Positions 1-9,141 of a stretch of 56,856 nucleotides of DNA are shown here, in pieces; the first letter of the stretch is position 1; every line of letters begins with the position of its first letter. Source of the DNA: Eubacteriales bacterium (GTDB lineage: Bacteria > Bacillota > Clostridia > Monoglobales > Firm-18); assembly GCA_028697835.1 (NCBI GenBank), contig JAQVDK010000001.1, positions 1-56,856 of the forward strand, read 5' to 3'. The notes beneath the pieces are model-generated. The model made no database searches. It had not been told where the DNA came from and saw nothing but the letters and a program-made list of their open reading frames with translations. The position numbers were made by a program, and so were the translations under genes.

Positions 1-67
1 ATGGATTTATTCAAGACCTGTTGTAACACGGATAGGAAAGCATGTCTTTGCAAAATAAAAATTTAAG

Positions 68-98
68 CCGAAGTGGTAATTTCCGCTTCGGTTTTTTT
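68..98 (+). terminator. Rho-independent terminator for the gene ending at the left window edge
   Basis: The stem is ccgaagtgg/ccgcttcgg (9 bp, one G-U) with a 6-nt loop, followed by TTTTTTT. Confidence 0.7.
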
Positions 99-189
99 GT
101 TGCTCATCTTAAATGGTTTTCCAAATTCCTCTTGAAAATATTGCGCTTTTATGTTAATATGTAGTAAAATGCAAACTATGAGGTGGAAT

Positions 190-705
190 ATGGATTTATT
201 TACCGAACATATTATCAAACGTAAAAAAGGCGCAAGAGAACTTATATTGATTGCAGCTATGATTTTGGGTGCAATTTTATTAAATTTTATATTATTGACA
301 TTTGCACAGTACTTGGCAAGCTTTCTGCTGCTTTTTATAGCCGGTGTGTTTTATTTTTTGTATGTGGGAATTACATCAATGAATGTTGAATATGAATATA
401 TAGTCACTAACGGGGATTTGGATATTGATAAAATTGTTGCACAGCGCAAAAGGTCAAAGATTATTTCCGTACATGCACGCTCTTTTGAGTATTTTGCTCC
501 TTTAACCAGCGAGCATAAAAACGCTTACGAGGACTCCTCCATCACTAAAAGGCTTGATTTAACCAGCAACACCGGAAGCGACAATGTTTATTTTGCCATT
601 TACTATAAAAACAGCGACAAGATTCTTTTCACCTTTGAGCCTACCCAAAAAATGATACAAGATTTCGCACGTTATGTTCCAAGGCGTGTTTTTTACACAA
701 AATGA
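190..705 (+). CDS. small membrane protein of unknown function
   Basis: The track ORF is 151-705. An internal ATG at 190 is preceded by a GAGGTGG RBS. A long hydrophobic stretch (ILIAAMILGAILLNFILLTFAQYLASFLLLFIAGVFYFLYV) is present. The stop overlaps the acpS start as ATGA. Confidence 0.6.
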   Translation: MDLFTEHIIKRKKGARELILIAAMILGAILLNFILLTFAQYLASFLLLFIAGVFYFLYVGITSMNVEYEYIVTNGDLDIDKIVAQRKRSKIISVHARSFEYFAPLTSEHKNAYEDSSITKRLDLTSNTGSDNVYFAIYYKNSDKILFTFEPTQKMIQDFARYVPRRVFYTK

Positions 706-1055
706 TTATAGGCAACGGAATTGATATTATCGAAATAAAACGAATAGAGGCTGCCCTAAAACGAAGACCGCAGCTTCTTTTTCGTGTTTTTACAGATGCT
801 GAGCGTGTGTTTTTTAAATCTCGGCAAAACAGCCCCCGCACAATTGCAGGCTGTTTTGCAGCCAAAGAGGCGGCGATTAAGGCGGTGGGCAGCGGTTTTA
901 TAAAAGATGTTCATCTTTCGTGGACCAAAAACGGACAACCAAAGCTCACTTTTTTAGGTAAGGAAGATATTGAGTTTTACGTGTCCATATCTCATAGCAA
1001 AGATTATGCTGTTGCAAGCGTAATCGCCTGGAGGGGTGAATGTGAAATTAGCTGA
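702..1055 (+). CDS. acpS: holo-[acyl-carrier-protein] synthase (4'-phosphopantetheinyl transferase)
   Basis: The 117-aa product has the MIIGNGIDIIEIKRI N-terminus and AAKEAAIKA motif typical of AcpS. The acpS...alr-ndoAI-ndoA order is conserved as in Bacillus subtilis. Confidence 0.9.
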   Translation: MIIGNGIDIIEIKRIEAALKRRPQLLFRVFTDAERVFFKSRQNSPRTIAGCFAAKEAAIKAVGSGFIKDVHLSWTKNGQPKLTFLGKEDIEFYVSISHSKDYAVASVIAWRGECEIS

Positions 1056-2541
1056 TGCAGCCCAAGCTAAAAACATTGACTATTTAACCATCAATCAGTA
1101 CAAAATTCCCGGTTTGGTTCTTATGGAAAATGCAGGTGCCGCTGCTGCAAGGCATGCAGCGCTTTTAGGCGGCAGCAAATATTCTATACTTTGCGGAAAG
1201 GGCAACAACGGCGGCGACGGCTTTGTAGTTGCCCGCCACCTTTTAAGCCAAGGCTTTGATGTATCCGTAATGCTTGTAGCGGACGAATCTTCAATAAAGG
1301 GCGACGCCCTTGCCAACCTTGACATGCTAAAAAACCTTGGTGTTCCGATAATCTGTGGCATTAATCAAGATATCCTAAAAAACTGCGATATTATTGTTGA
1401 TGCCCTTTTGGGTATTGGGGCAAAAGGGGCCCCCCGGGGGGAAGTGGCAGATGCAATAGACGCTATAAATGCTGCAAAAAAGAAGGTTTTGTCCGTAGAT
1501 GTCCCAAGCGGAGTGGACGCTTCAACGGGATTTGTTCCCGGAAAATGTGTTTGTGCGGATGTAACCGTTACCTTTGGTGTGAATAAAATAGGGTTGGTTG
1601 TTTATCCAGGAGCGCAGTATGCGGGCAGGGTTTTCGTTGAAGAAATTTCCTTTGCCCTCCAAGCGGTGGAAAGTCAAAACATTAATATAGAAACTATTAA
1701 AAGACCTCTTCTTCCTCCTCGCTGCCAAAATTCCCACAAAGGCAGTTTTGGAAAAGTTCTGGCAATATGCGGAAGCGAGGAATACACAGGTGCGGCATAT
1801 CTTTCCTCCATGGCTGCCATAAAGGCAGGGTGCGGACTGGTAAACCTTATCACTCCCAAGTCCGCCTATATTCCGCTGGCGCAAAAATTAACCGAAGTAA
1901 TTATAAGGCCTGTTTCGGACAAGGACGGAAAAATTTCCGCCGCCTCTTTAAATACCATTGTTTCCTTTGCAGAAGGTGCAAATTCCATAATTTGTGGGTG
2001 TGGTTTGGGGCAAAACCATGATATAATTGAAGTTGTAAGGGCTGTTGCTAAAAACAGCAAAGTGCCGATTATTTTAGATGCCGACGGATTAAATGCAGCC
2101 GCCAAGCATATAGATATATTAAAAAACAGAAAAGCCGAGATGGTGGTAACCCCTCACCTGGGCGAAATGTCCCGGCTGACCGGCCTGTCTGTTGAGGAAA
2201 TTCAAAAGGACATTGTACTTGTTGCCAAAAACTTTGCATCTGAATATAATATAGTGACAGTTCTCAAAAGTGCAAGCACAATCGTTGCTCTTCCTGACGG
2301 AAAGGCATATATAAACACTATCGGAAACAGTGGTATGGCTACGGCAGGCAGCGGAGACGTTCTTGCTGGGCTTATAGGAGGGCTTATAGCCCAAGGGCTT
2401 TCGCCATCCTATGCTGCTGTGTCGGGAGTTTTTCTCCACGCAAGGGCCGGGGATATTGCCGCCTCGAAACTTGGCGAACACGGAACAGTCGCTTCCGACA
2501 TTTTAGCTGCTATTCCATTTGCAATAAACGAAGGAGTTTGA
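1042..2541 (+). CDS. nnr: bifunctional NAD(P)H-hydrate repair enzyme (epimerase / ADP-dependent dehydratase)
   Basis: The N-terminal YjeF-N domain carries GKGNNGGDG, and the C-terminal ribokinase-like domain carries GSGDVLAG. The track start is GTG 1036. GTG 1042 has better spacing from the GGAGG at 1030-1034. Confidence 0.85.
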   Translation: MKLADAAQAKNIDYLTINQYKIPGLVLMENAGAAAARHAALLGGSKYSILCGKGNNGGDGFVVARHLLSQGFDVSVMLVADESSIKGDALANLDMLKNLGVPIICGINQDILKNCDIIVDALLGIGAKGAPRGEVADAIDAINAAKKKVLSVDVPSGVDASTGFVPGKCVCADVTVTFGVNKIGLVVYPGAQYAGRVFVEEISFALQAVESQNINIETIKRPLLPPRCQNSHKGSFGKVLAICGSEEYTGAAYLSSMAAIKAGCGLVNLITPKSAYIPLAQKLTEVIIRPVSDKDGKISAASLNTIVSFAEGANSIICGCGLGQNHDIIEVVRAVAKNSKVPIILDADGLNAAAKHIDILKNRKAEMVVTPHLGEMSRLTGLSVEEIQKDIVLVAKNFASEYNIVTVLKSASTIVALPDGKAYINTIGNSGMATAGSGDVLAGLIGGLIAQGLSPSYAAVSGVFLHARAGDIAASKLGEHGTVASDILAAIPFAINEGV

Positions 2542-2543
2542 CC

Positions 2544-3701
2544 ATGTGGGAAAATATATATAGAACGTGGTGCGAGGTTTCTCTTGACGCATTGGTGCAC
2601 AACCTTAACCAGTTTAAAAAACTGGCGCCAAACAAAAAAATAATGGGTGTGGTAAAGGCTGACGCATACGGTCATGGCGTGTTTGAAGTTTCAAGGACGC
2701 TTATGGACAACGGGGCGGATGCCCTTGCGGTTGCTTCTGCGGAAGAAGCGCTTCAGCTTAGAAACAGCGGCATTAAAATCCCCATCCTTATTTTGGGGCA
2801 TACCCCCATAGAAAGCATTGGCGATTTGGTAGAAAACGACATTATGCCAACCATATATAATTTCTCAACGGCAAAGGCTGTTTCAAATATAGCGCAAAGA
2901 AAAAATAAGATTGCAAAAATTCATGTAAAAGTTGACACAGGCATGAACAGATTGGGGTATCCCTTCACCGATGAAGGGGTGGAGCAGATTTTAGACCTTG
3001 CAAGAATGCCCAATGTTAAAATTGAAGGTGTTTTCACACATTTTGCCCTTGCCGACGAAGATGACGAAAGCTTTACAAATCTCCAATTTGAGCGATTTAC
3101 AAACGTAGTCGAAAAGCTTGAGAAAAGGGGGCTTTACATCCCCTTAAAGCATGCCTGCAACAGTGCCGCAGCCATGCGTTTTCCGCATATGCATCTTGAC
3201 ATGATAAGGATTGGCATTGCACTGTATGGTCTTTATCCTTCCGAAATAAAATATGATTTGAAGCTTATGCCTGTTATGCAGTTAAAATCCACCATTGCGC
3301 ACATTAAAGAGGTGGGCCCGGGAGAAAAAATAAGCTATGGCGGAACTTACCAAACTGCCGTAAAAACAAAAATTGCAACCATACCGATAGGATATGCTGA
3401 TGGATATTCCCGTCTTTTGTCAAATAAGGCAAAAGTCATTGTAAACGGGAAACTTGCGCCCGTTTTAGGAAAAATTTGCATGGACCAATGTATGATTGAC
3501 GTTACAAATGTCAATAATATAAGCATTGAGGATGAAGTGGTTCTTTTTGGAAAACAAGGAGACCTTTTTATCCCAATAGAAGAGCTGGCAAAAATTGAAG
3601 GTACCATAAGTTACGAGTTACTTTGTGTAATCGGTAAGCGCGTCCCTCGATGCTATACCCAAAACGGAAGAGTTGTAGAAATCTTAAACTACCTAATCTA
3701 A
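2544..3701 (+). CDS. alr: alanine racemase
   Basis: The PLP-lysine motif VVKADAYGHG is present and the length is about 385 aa. ATG 2544 lies 7 nt after an AAGGAG RBS, whereas the track start is TTG 2538. Confidence 0.9.
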   Translation: MWENIYRTWCEVSLDALVHNLNQFKKLAPNKKIMGVVKADAYGHGVFEVSRTLMDNGADALAVASAEEALQLRNSGIKIPILILGHTPIESIGDLVENDIMPTIYNFSTAKAVSNIAQRKNKIAKIHVKVDTGMNRLGYPFTDEGVEQILDLARMPNVKIEGVFTHFALADEDDESFTNLQFERFTNVVEKLEKRGLYIPLKHACNSAAAMRFPHMHLDMIRIGIALYGLYPSEIKYDLKLMPVMQLKSTIAHIKEVGPGEKISYGGTYQTAVKTKIATIPIGYADGYSRLLSNKAKVIVNGKLAPVLGKICMDQCMIDVTNVNNISIEDEVVLFGKQGDLFIPIEELAKIEGTISYELLCVIGKRVPRCYTQNGRVVEILNYLI

Positions 3702-3719
3702 CATTACCTTATATTAACA

Positions 3720-3748
3720 TTGACTAAAATACATAAAAGGTATATAAT
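3720..3748 (+). promoter_or_regulatory. sigma-A type promoter for the mazEF pair
   Basis: TTGACT (3720-3725), a 17-nt spacer, then TATAAT (3743-3748). Confidence 0.6.
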
Positions 3749-3813
3749 TATGTATATATAAGAAACATATAGTTAGAGATAGATAAATCAACTCGATTGG
3801 GGGACTGGTTACA

Positions 3814-4089
3814 GTGGCAGAGTCTAAAAAAATTTTGGTTTCATTGCCAAATACTTTGCTGGCTGAGGTGGATGCATTCGTAAGCTGCAGAGGTTTAAGC
3901 AGAAGTGAATTAATTCGCGAGGCTATGAGAGAATACATCAGTCATCGCAAAAAAGCAGAGATAGAAGAAAAATTAAAAGAGGGTTACAAGCTTATGGCGG
4001 AGATTAACTTGGAATGGGCCGAGATGTGTTGCGCAGCAGACACATGTCTGTATTTTGCGTATGAGGAAAAACTTTCGGAGTGTGAATAA
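3814..4089 (+). CDS. mazE: ribbon-helix-helix (CopG-like) antitoxin of the EndoAI/MazE type
   Basis: The 91-aa product has an N-terminal [19 protein letters not shown] strand-helix pattern. The gene sits immediately upstream of, and nearly abutting, the MazF toxin gene. It starts at a GTG after a GGGGGA RBS. Confidence 0.8.
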   Translation: MAESKKILVSLPNTLLAEVDAFVSCRGLSRSELIREAMREYISHRKKAEIEEKLKEGYKLMAEINLEWAEMCCAADTCLYFAYEEKLSECE

Positions 4090-4090
4090 C

Positions 4091-4444
4091 GTGATAGTAA
4101 AAAGGGGAGACATTTTTTACGCAGATTTAAGTCCTGTAGTCGGTTCCGAGCAGGGCGGAATCAGGCCTGTACTTATCGTGCAGAACGATATCGGAAATAA
4201 ATACAGCCCAACAGTCATTGTTGCGGCAGTTACTTCTCAGATTAATAAGGCAAAAATGCCTACACATATCGAGATTGATGCAGCGGCTTATGGACTTGCA
4301 AAAGATTCTGTAATACTTATGGAGCAAATTAGGACCATTGACAAAAAGCGGTTAAAAGAGAAAATCGGTCACATTGACGACGAGCTTATGGCAAAGGTGA
4401 ACGAAGCTCTTGCAATCAGCTTTGGAATAAGCGATTTGTGTTGA
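4091..4444 (+). CDS. mazF: type II toxin, mRNA interferase EndoA/MazF
   Basis: [36 protein letters not shown]...[15 protein letters not shown] is nearly collinear with B. subtilis EndoA (NdoA). The likely start is GTG 4091, 1 nt after the antitoxin stop. The track ORF extends upstream to 4055. Confidence 0.9.
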   Translation: MIVKRGDIFYADLSPVVGSEQGGIRPVLIVQNDIGNKYSPTVIVAAVTSQINKAKMPTHIEIDAAAYGLAKDSVILMEQIRTIDKKRLKEKIGHIDDELMAKVNEALAISFGISDLC

Positions 4445-4455
4445 AAGGACTGCAT

Positions 4456-4890
4456 ATGCAAATGAAAAAAGCTGTAATATTTTTGCTGACAGTAATTATA
4501 TTTAGCCAAGGTGCAAAATATTTGCTTGCGGCGCCAGGGGACGCTGACGACCCTGTGGTTACTTTAAGCTACATTAAACAGATACTTTTACCTGATATAG
4601 AGCAAAAAATAAACAGCTCTTCGGCTGCTGTTTTCAAAGTTGTAGATGTGCCGCAAGGTTCAAAGGTTATTTTAGATGCAGGCACCGAAATTATTTTAAG
4701 AATGGGCAGCGCAACGGTTATCGCCACGGAAAAAGGCGGCCTTGCAGATGTTACTTCCGGAGTTGACCTTCAACACGAAAGCGCCGTTCCCGCAAACTCG
4801 CTGCTTATAGCGCCGCTTGCGGACGGACGGGGAATCCATGCCACAGATAATGTTATTTTGATGATTAAAGGTGGATATACAATCCAGTAA
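4456..4890 (+). CDS. secreted protein of unknown function (signal peptide)
   Basis: The N-terminus MQMKKAVIFLLTVIIFSQGAKYLLAAPGD looks like a Sec signal peptide. I recognised no domain. A strong terminator follows. Confidence 0.55.
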   Translation: MQMKKAVIFLLTVIIFSQGAKYLLAAPGDADDPVVTLSYIKQILLPDIEQKINSSSAAVFKVVDVPQGSKVILDAGTEIILRMGSATVIATEKGGLADVTSGVDLQHESAVPANSLLIAPLADGRGIHATDNVILMIKGGYTIQ

Positions 4891-4908
4891 TATAATGAAG
4901 ATAATAAG

Positions 4909-4938
4909 CTCCCGCACATTTGAAAGTGCGGGAGTTTT
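4909..4938 (+). terminator. Rho-independent terminator
   Basis: The stem is ctcccgcac/gtgcgggag (9 bp, perfect) with an 8-nt loop, followed by TTTT. Confidence 0.75.
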
Positions 4939-4952
4939 AAGTTATTGAAATC

Positions 4953-4981
4953 TTGCAAAACCTTTGTGTTTATGTTATACT
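4953..4981 (+). promoter_or_regulatory. candidate promoter of the DtxR-family regulator gene
   Basis: TTGCAA (4953-4958), a 17-nt spacer, then TATACT (4976-4981). Confidence 0.35.
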
Positions 4982-5010
4982 AAACCTATACAAGAAGGGG
5001 GGCTTGTGAC

Positions 5011-5412
5011 ATGCAAAACAGTGTGGATATGTCACCTTCGGCGGAAGATTATCTTGAAATGGTATATAGCCTTTACTTAAGAAACGGAACCATCCGCATG
5101 ACCGACATAGCTTCAGAGCTTGGCGTATCAAAACCAAGCGTTAACCGTGCCATTAAAACCTTAAAAGGGCAAGGGCTTGTTCAGCAAGAACTTTACGGGG
5201 AAATCAATTTAACCGAAAAAGGCATCCATCTTGCCAAAAACGTTATGCACAGACATAAGCTTATAAAACACTTTTTGGTTGATATACTGGGGGTTTCCAA
5301 CGAAGTTGCGGATAAAGAAGCCTGCCATTTGGAGCATTATATGAGCCAAGACACAATAAACAAATTTGAAGACTTTATAAGCAAGTACGACAGCCAAAAA
5401 AAATCTGATTAA
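5011..5412 (+). CDS. DtxR/MntR-family metal-dependent transcriptional regulator
   Basis: The N-terminal SAEDYLEMVY motif is followed by a winged-helix segment (IASELGVSKPSVNRAIKTL) and a dimerisation helix region. The 133-aa length fits MntR-like proteins that lack the SH3 domain. Confidence 0.8.
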   Translation: MQNSVDMSPSAEDYLEMVYSLYLRNGTIRMTDIASELGVSKPSVNRAIKTLKGQGLVQQELYGEINLTEKGIHLAKNVMHRHKLIKHFLVDILGVSNEVADKEACHLEHYMSQDTINKFEDFISKYDSQKKSD

Positions 5413-5440
5413 GGCGTGCCGGATATGGCTCGCTTTTTTC

Positions 5441-5469
5441 TTGACAGGCTGTGCTAACTAATATATAAT
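5441..5469 (+). promoter_or_regulatory. consensus sigma-A promoter
   Basis: TTGACA (5441-5446), a 17-nt spacer, then TATAAT (5464-5469). It lies about 35 nt upstream of the 5504 gene. Confidence 0.6.
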
Positions 5470-5503
5470 ATCTAAAAATCATCTTTTTGAAAGGAAGGTA
5501 AGC

Positions 5504-6055
5504 ATGAAAATAAAAACAAAAGACTTGGTTGCAACTGCACTGCTAACCTCAATAGCTATTATAATACCTTTATTTGTTCCTTTTAAAGTAACCATTCCTC
5601 CTTTCAGTGCAACTCTTGCATCACATGTTCCGTTAATACTTGCGATGTATATCGGCCCTTTGTCCGCTATATTTGTTTCTCTTGGCTCGGCGTTGGGGTT
5701 CTTGGCTTCTTTGGGCCCGGTTGTTGCTGCAAGAGCAGCTATGCACGTTTTTTTTGTGGCCGCCGGAGCATATATGATTAGGAAAAATGCGAATATATAC
5801 CTTACAATCGTTGTAACGGCTATACTTCATACTTTAAGCGACATGCTGATAGTTTATTTATTATTTGCATTTTTCGGACAAGCTAAAATATTAAACAACA
5901 ACTCAATGGCATATGTACAATACATAATTGCTGTGGGTACAACACTTCATCACCTGATGGATTATGCCATTGCAGCGCTTATATATCTTCCGTTGTCAAA
6001 ACAAAGTCCAAAGGCATTTCCCCCGATTTCCTTTAGGATTAAAAATTCCAAATAA
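5504..6055 (+). CDS. polytopic membrane protein resembling an ECF-transporter S component (substrate unknown)
   Basis: The 183-aa product has about 5-6 hydrophobic helices. Its size and N-terminal pattern (KDLVATALLTSIAIIIP) resemble S components such as TrpP/NiaX. The family assignment was not verified. Confidence 0.5.
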   Translation: MKIKTKDLVATALLTSIAIIIPLFVPFKVTIPPFSATLASHVPLILAMYIGPLSAIFVSLGSALGFLASLGPVVAARAAMHVFFVAAGAYMIRKNANIYLTIVVTAILHTLSDMLIVYLLFAFFGQAKILNNNSMAYVQYIIAVGTTLHHLMDYAIAALIYLPLSKQSPKAFPPISFRIKNSK

Positions 6056-6172
6056 AAGCGGATGCCGCCCACTGGCAAGCGGGTAGCACCCGCCGGCAAA
6101 TGGGCATAGCGCCCTCAAAACATATGCAAACAACATTTCACGCAACAATAATTTGATAGTAATTTCCCAAAA

Positions 6173-6203
6173 CGTAAAAAAAATACGGCAGTTTTCACTG
6201 CCG
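6173..6203 (-). terminator. orphan minus-strand intrinsic terminator between two plus-strand genes
   Basis: On the minus strand the stem is cggcagt/actgccg (7 bp) with a 4-nt loop, followed by TATTTTTTTT. The plus-strand orientation has no U-tract. Confidence 0.5.
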
Positions 6204-6321
6204 CTAAAATAAAAGGGGGGTCTTATACCAATCTTTTGGACCGGTACAGATGTATTTTGTGAGGTCATTAGTAATTATCCCCCTCAATTTCAAAAATTAT
6301 ACAACGCAAAGGAAATTTTTT

Positions 6322-7650
6322 ATGAAAAAAATTTTAGCTGTATGGATTACGAAATTTTTGATATTTGCAGGAAAGCTTGCAGGTAAAAAAGGCTCGTCAA
6401 CTCCGGGGGCGGTTGCCCTTAAAATATGCCCGGATATTTTAAAGTGGCTGTCAGGACAGGTAAAAGGCTCGATTGTTGCAGTGTGCGGAACTAACGGAAA
6501 GACCACCACAAACAACCTCCTCTATTCCATCCTGAAATCTCAAGGAAAAAAGGTTGTATGCAACAATGTTGGTGCAAATATGCTTGAAGGTGTTGCAACA
6601 ACATTTATAAGCAACACAAATTTTTTTGGCAAACTTGATGCTGATTATGCCTGCATAGAAATTGACGAGGTTTCCACAGTCAAAGTCTTTGACCATATGG
6701 TGCCAAACTTTATGATTATTACCAATCTATTTCGTGACCAGCTTGACAGGTACGGTGAAATAGACATTACCATAGACTTTTTAAAACGTGCCATATCCAA
6801 AACGGGCGACATTACACTGATTTTAAATGCAGATGACCCGCTGGTAACTGCATTTGGCAGAGAAACAGGGAAAAAATGCGTTTACTTTGGTGTTGGCGAA
6901 GATGTTGGAGCATCCTTAAACGAAACAAAAGAAGGCAGATTTTGCAGATTTTGCGGCAGCGAGCTTGCCTATCAGTTCTATCATTACAGTCAGCTTGGAA
7001 ACTACGGGTGCATAAAGTGCGGCTTTTCGCGCCCCGCCGCAGATTTTGAAGCTTTAAATGTTGACCTTTCCGACGGTCTTTCATTTACGGTAAATAATCA
7101 AGAAATTTCTGTTGATTACAGGGGCTTTTACAATATTTACAATATTTTGGCGGCATACTCTGCGGCAAGCCTGATTGGAGCAAGCCTTGAAAATGTGCAT
7201 AAGGTGCTGGGTGAATATAAGCCACAAATCGGCAGAATGGAAACCTTCACAATTCACGGAAAGCCGGTTATTCTCAACCTTTCTAAAAATCCTGCAGGAT
7301 TTAACCAGACAATATCTACCATTGCAAGTGATAGCCGCAAAAAAGATATTTTAGTGGTTATAAACGACAACGCCCAAGACGGAAGGGACGTTTCATGGCT
7401 TTGGGATGTGGATTTTGAACGGCTTGGGGCTGTAAACGCTTCAAGCTTTACAGCTAGCGGCATTCGCTTTCATGATGTTTTAGTAAGGTTTAAGTATGCG
7501 CAGCTTGATAATTTCTCATCAGAGGCAGATGTTAAAGCCGCCATATTAAAATGCCTTGAAGGTGACGGCGAGGTTTTATATGTTTTAGTAAATTACACCG
7601 TCTTGTTTTCAACGCAAAAAATCCTCAAATCATTGGAGGGAAATAAATGA
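6322..7650 (+). CDS. murT: lipid II isoglutaminyl synthase, Mur-ligase-like subunit MurT
   Basis: The GTNGKTTT P-loop is present, along with a Cys4 ribbon (CRFCGSEL...CIKCGF) and a C-terminal DUF1727-like tail. The stop overlaps the gatD start as ATGA. ATG 6322 (MKKIL) is preferred over the track start at 6250. Confidence 0.85.
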   Translation: MKKILAVWITKFLIFAGKLAGKKGSSTPGAVALKICPDILKWLSGQVKGSIVAVCGTNGKTTTNNLLYSILKSQGKKVVCNNVGANMLEGVATTFISNTNFFGKLDADYACIEIDEVSTVKVFDHMVPNFMIITNLFRDQLDRYGEIDITIDFLKRAISKTGDITLILNADDPLVTAFGRETGKKCVYFGVGEDVGASLNETKEGRFCRFCGSELAYQFYHYSQLGNYGCIKCGFSRPAADFEALNVDLSDGLSFTVNNQEISVDYRGFYNIYNILAAYSAASLIGASLENVHKVLGEYKPQIGRMETFTIHGKPVILNLSKNPAGFNQTISTIASDSRKKDILVVINDNAQDGRDVSWLWDVDFERLGAVNASSFTASGIRFHDVLVRFKYAQLDNFSSEADVKAAILKCLEGDGEVLYVLVNYTVLFSTQKILKSLEGNK

Positions 7651-8360
7651 AGCTTACCATAGGGCATCTGTATCCCGAACTTTTAAACCTTTACGGCGAC
7701 AGGGGAAACATAATTACCCTTCAAAAGCGGGCGCAGTGGCGAAATATTGAAGTGGAAATCAAGGAATTTAAGTTAAGTGATAAAATAAACTTTGCAGACC
7801 TTGACATAGTATTTTTAGGCGGAGGCTCGGACAAGGAACAGCTTTTAGTTTCAAAAAAGCTAAGCAAAATCAAGTCAAGCTTATCCGGCTATGTAGCGGA
7901 CGACGGCGTAATTATGGCTGTTTGCGGCGGGTTTCAAATATTAGGGCACTACTACAAGCAAAAAGGCGAGCTAATTGACGGTTTGGGAATTTTGGATATT
8001 TTCACGGAAAGCGAAAACAATCGCTTGATTGGAAATGTTATTATAAAAACAGAGCTTTTCAGCCGCCCGATTGTCGGTTTTGAAAACCATGGGGGCAGGA
8101 CTTACCTTGGCAGCTGCCCACCCCTTGGAAAAGTCATATGCGGTTACGGAAACAATGGCAAGGACGGTATGGAAGGGGCCATATACAAAAACGTTATAGG
8201 AACATACCTGCATGGGCCGCTGCTTCCTAAAAACCCCCACCTTTGCGACTATATTCTGCAAAAGGCATTAGAGAGGAAATATCCCGGCGCCACCCTTTCT
8301 CCTTTGGACGACGCAATTGAAATTGCGGCAAATGAATATATCGTCAATCGCTTTGCTTAA
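7647..8360 (+). CDS. gatD: lipid II isoglutaminyl synthase, glutaminase subunit GatD (CobQ-type amidotransferase)
   Basis: The nucleophile motif AVCGGFQ and the downstream GTYLHGP histidine region are present. The gene is translationally coupled to murT. Confidence 0.85.
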   Translation: MKLTIGHLYPELLNLYGDRGNIITLQKRAQWRNIEVEIKEFKLSDKINFADLDIVFLGGGSDKEQLLVSKKLSKIKSSLSGYVADDGVIMAVCGGFQILGHYYKQKGELIDGLGILDIFTESENNRLIGNVIIKTELFSRPIVGFENHGGRTYLGSCPPLGKVICGYGNNGKDGMEGAIYKNVIGTYLHGPLLPKNPHLCDYILQKALERKYPGATLSPLDDAIEIAANEYIVNRFA

Positions 8361-9069
8361 AGCCAGAGTATATATGGATTATACGCTTTAAGGCGGATTG
8401 AACTTTCGGTGTTGGTTTTTTGCCGCTGTTTCTATGGTCAAACATTTTCGTAAACTCACTTATATCTTCATAAAGAGAGTCTAAAAGAGACATTTGGGAT
8501 TTATACAATTTGGTGTAAAACTCCTCAAAATCCTTTTCACCAAGGTTGTCTATGCCACTGTCCACAAGCTTTGCAAAATGCTCCAGGCAAAACTGTTTTT
8601 TGTGAAACTTTTCCTTAAAACTCGGCTCTGTTTTCCAAAGATATATTGTGTTATCGAAAAAAACATCCATTGTGCGGTTTATTTTTTCGCAAATGGCGCA
8701 GGAGCTTAAAAAACCTTGCACAGAATCGGAGCACTTCTTGGCGGTTTCCTTGAGAGTAGATTTTCTAAAGGGCTTTTTCTTTTCCCACGAGTCATACTTT
8801 GCAAGGCGCCTGTTCCAGTGCTCGCTTTGTGATTGCATTACAAGTGATAAAGGCAGGGCTTTTGCTTCGCCTATAAGCTTTGGCATATGCTGTTTGCAAA
8901 AGCCTTTTTCGTTGGTAATTATTCGAAAATCAGGCTCCATCATGGCAGCGCCCAAGGTATATTCTACTTCCTCTTTGTCAAGCTTTTCGCTAATATGGCA
9001 AAAAGGACATGCAAAGTCGCTGTCAAATGCCTCGTTTATCGGGATTGTATAAATTTTTTGTTTCAACAT
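8344..9069 (-). CDS. Cys-rich hypothetical protein with an internal CxxC...CxxH duplication
   Basis: The 241-aa product carries CPFC...FCKQH and CAIC...FCLEH with similar spacing. Its 3' end overlaps gatD convergently by 17 nt. Confidence 0.6.
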   Translation of the reverse strand: MLKQKIYTIPINEAFDSDFACPFCHISEKLDKEEVEYTLGAAMMEPDFRIITNEKGFCKQHMPKLIGEAKALPLSLVMQSQSEHWNRRLAKYDSWEKKKPFRKSTLKETAKKCSDSVQGFLSSCAICEKINRTMDVFFDNTIYLWKTEPSFKEKFHKKQFCLEHFAKLVDSGIDNLGEKDFEEFYTKLYKSQMSLLDSLYEDISEFTKMFDHRNSGKKPTPKVQSALKRIIHIYSGFKQSD

Positions 9070-9141
9070 TAACAGTCCTTTCGAATTACATTAATGACTA
9101 TTGTACCACATATTTTAATTAATTGTAAATAGGTGAAACTC

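Noticed and set aside
1-66. A frame-1 micro-ORF, MDLFKTCCNTDRKACLCKIKI, ends at a TAA just before a strong terminator. It shares its first 11 nt (atggatttatt) with the start of the next gene at 190.
   Set aside because: The window edge truncates the context, so this is most likely the C-terminal end of a longer upstream gene. The 11-nt identity could be chance, and neither point can be evaluated without upstream sequence.
5996-6268. A 90-aa minus-strand ORF with a good RBS lies in the spacer upstream of murT.
   Set aside because: The frame runs straight through a minus-strand intrinsic terminator and 60 nt into the 3' end of the neighbouring gene. The protein has no recognisable features. 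I treated it as a possible short transcript in the findings, not as a CDS.
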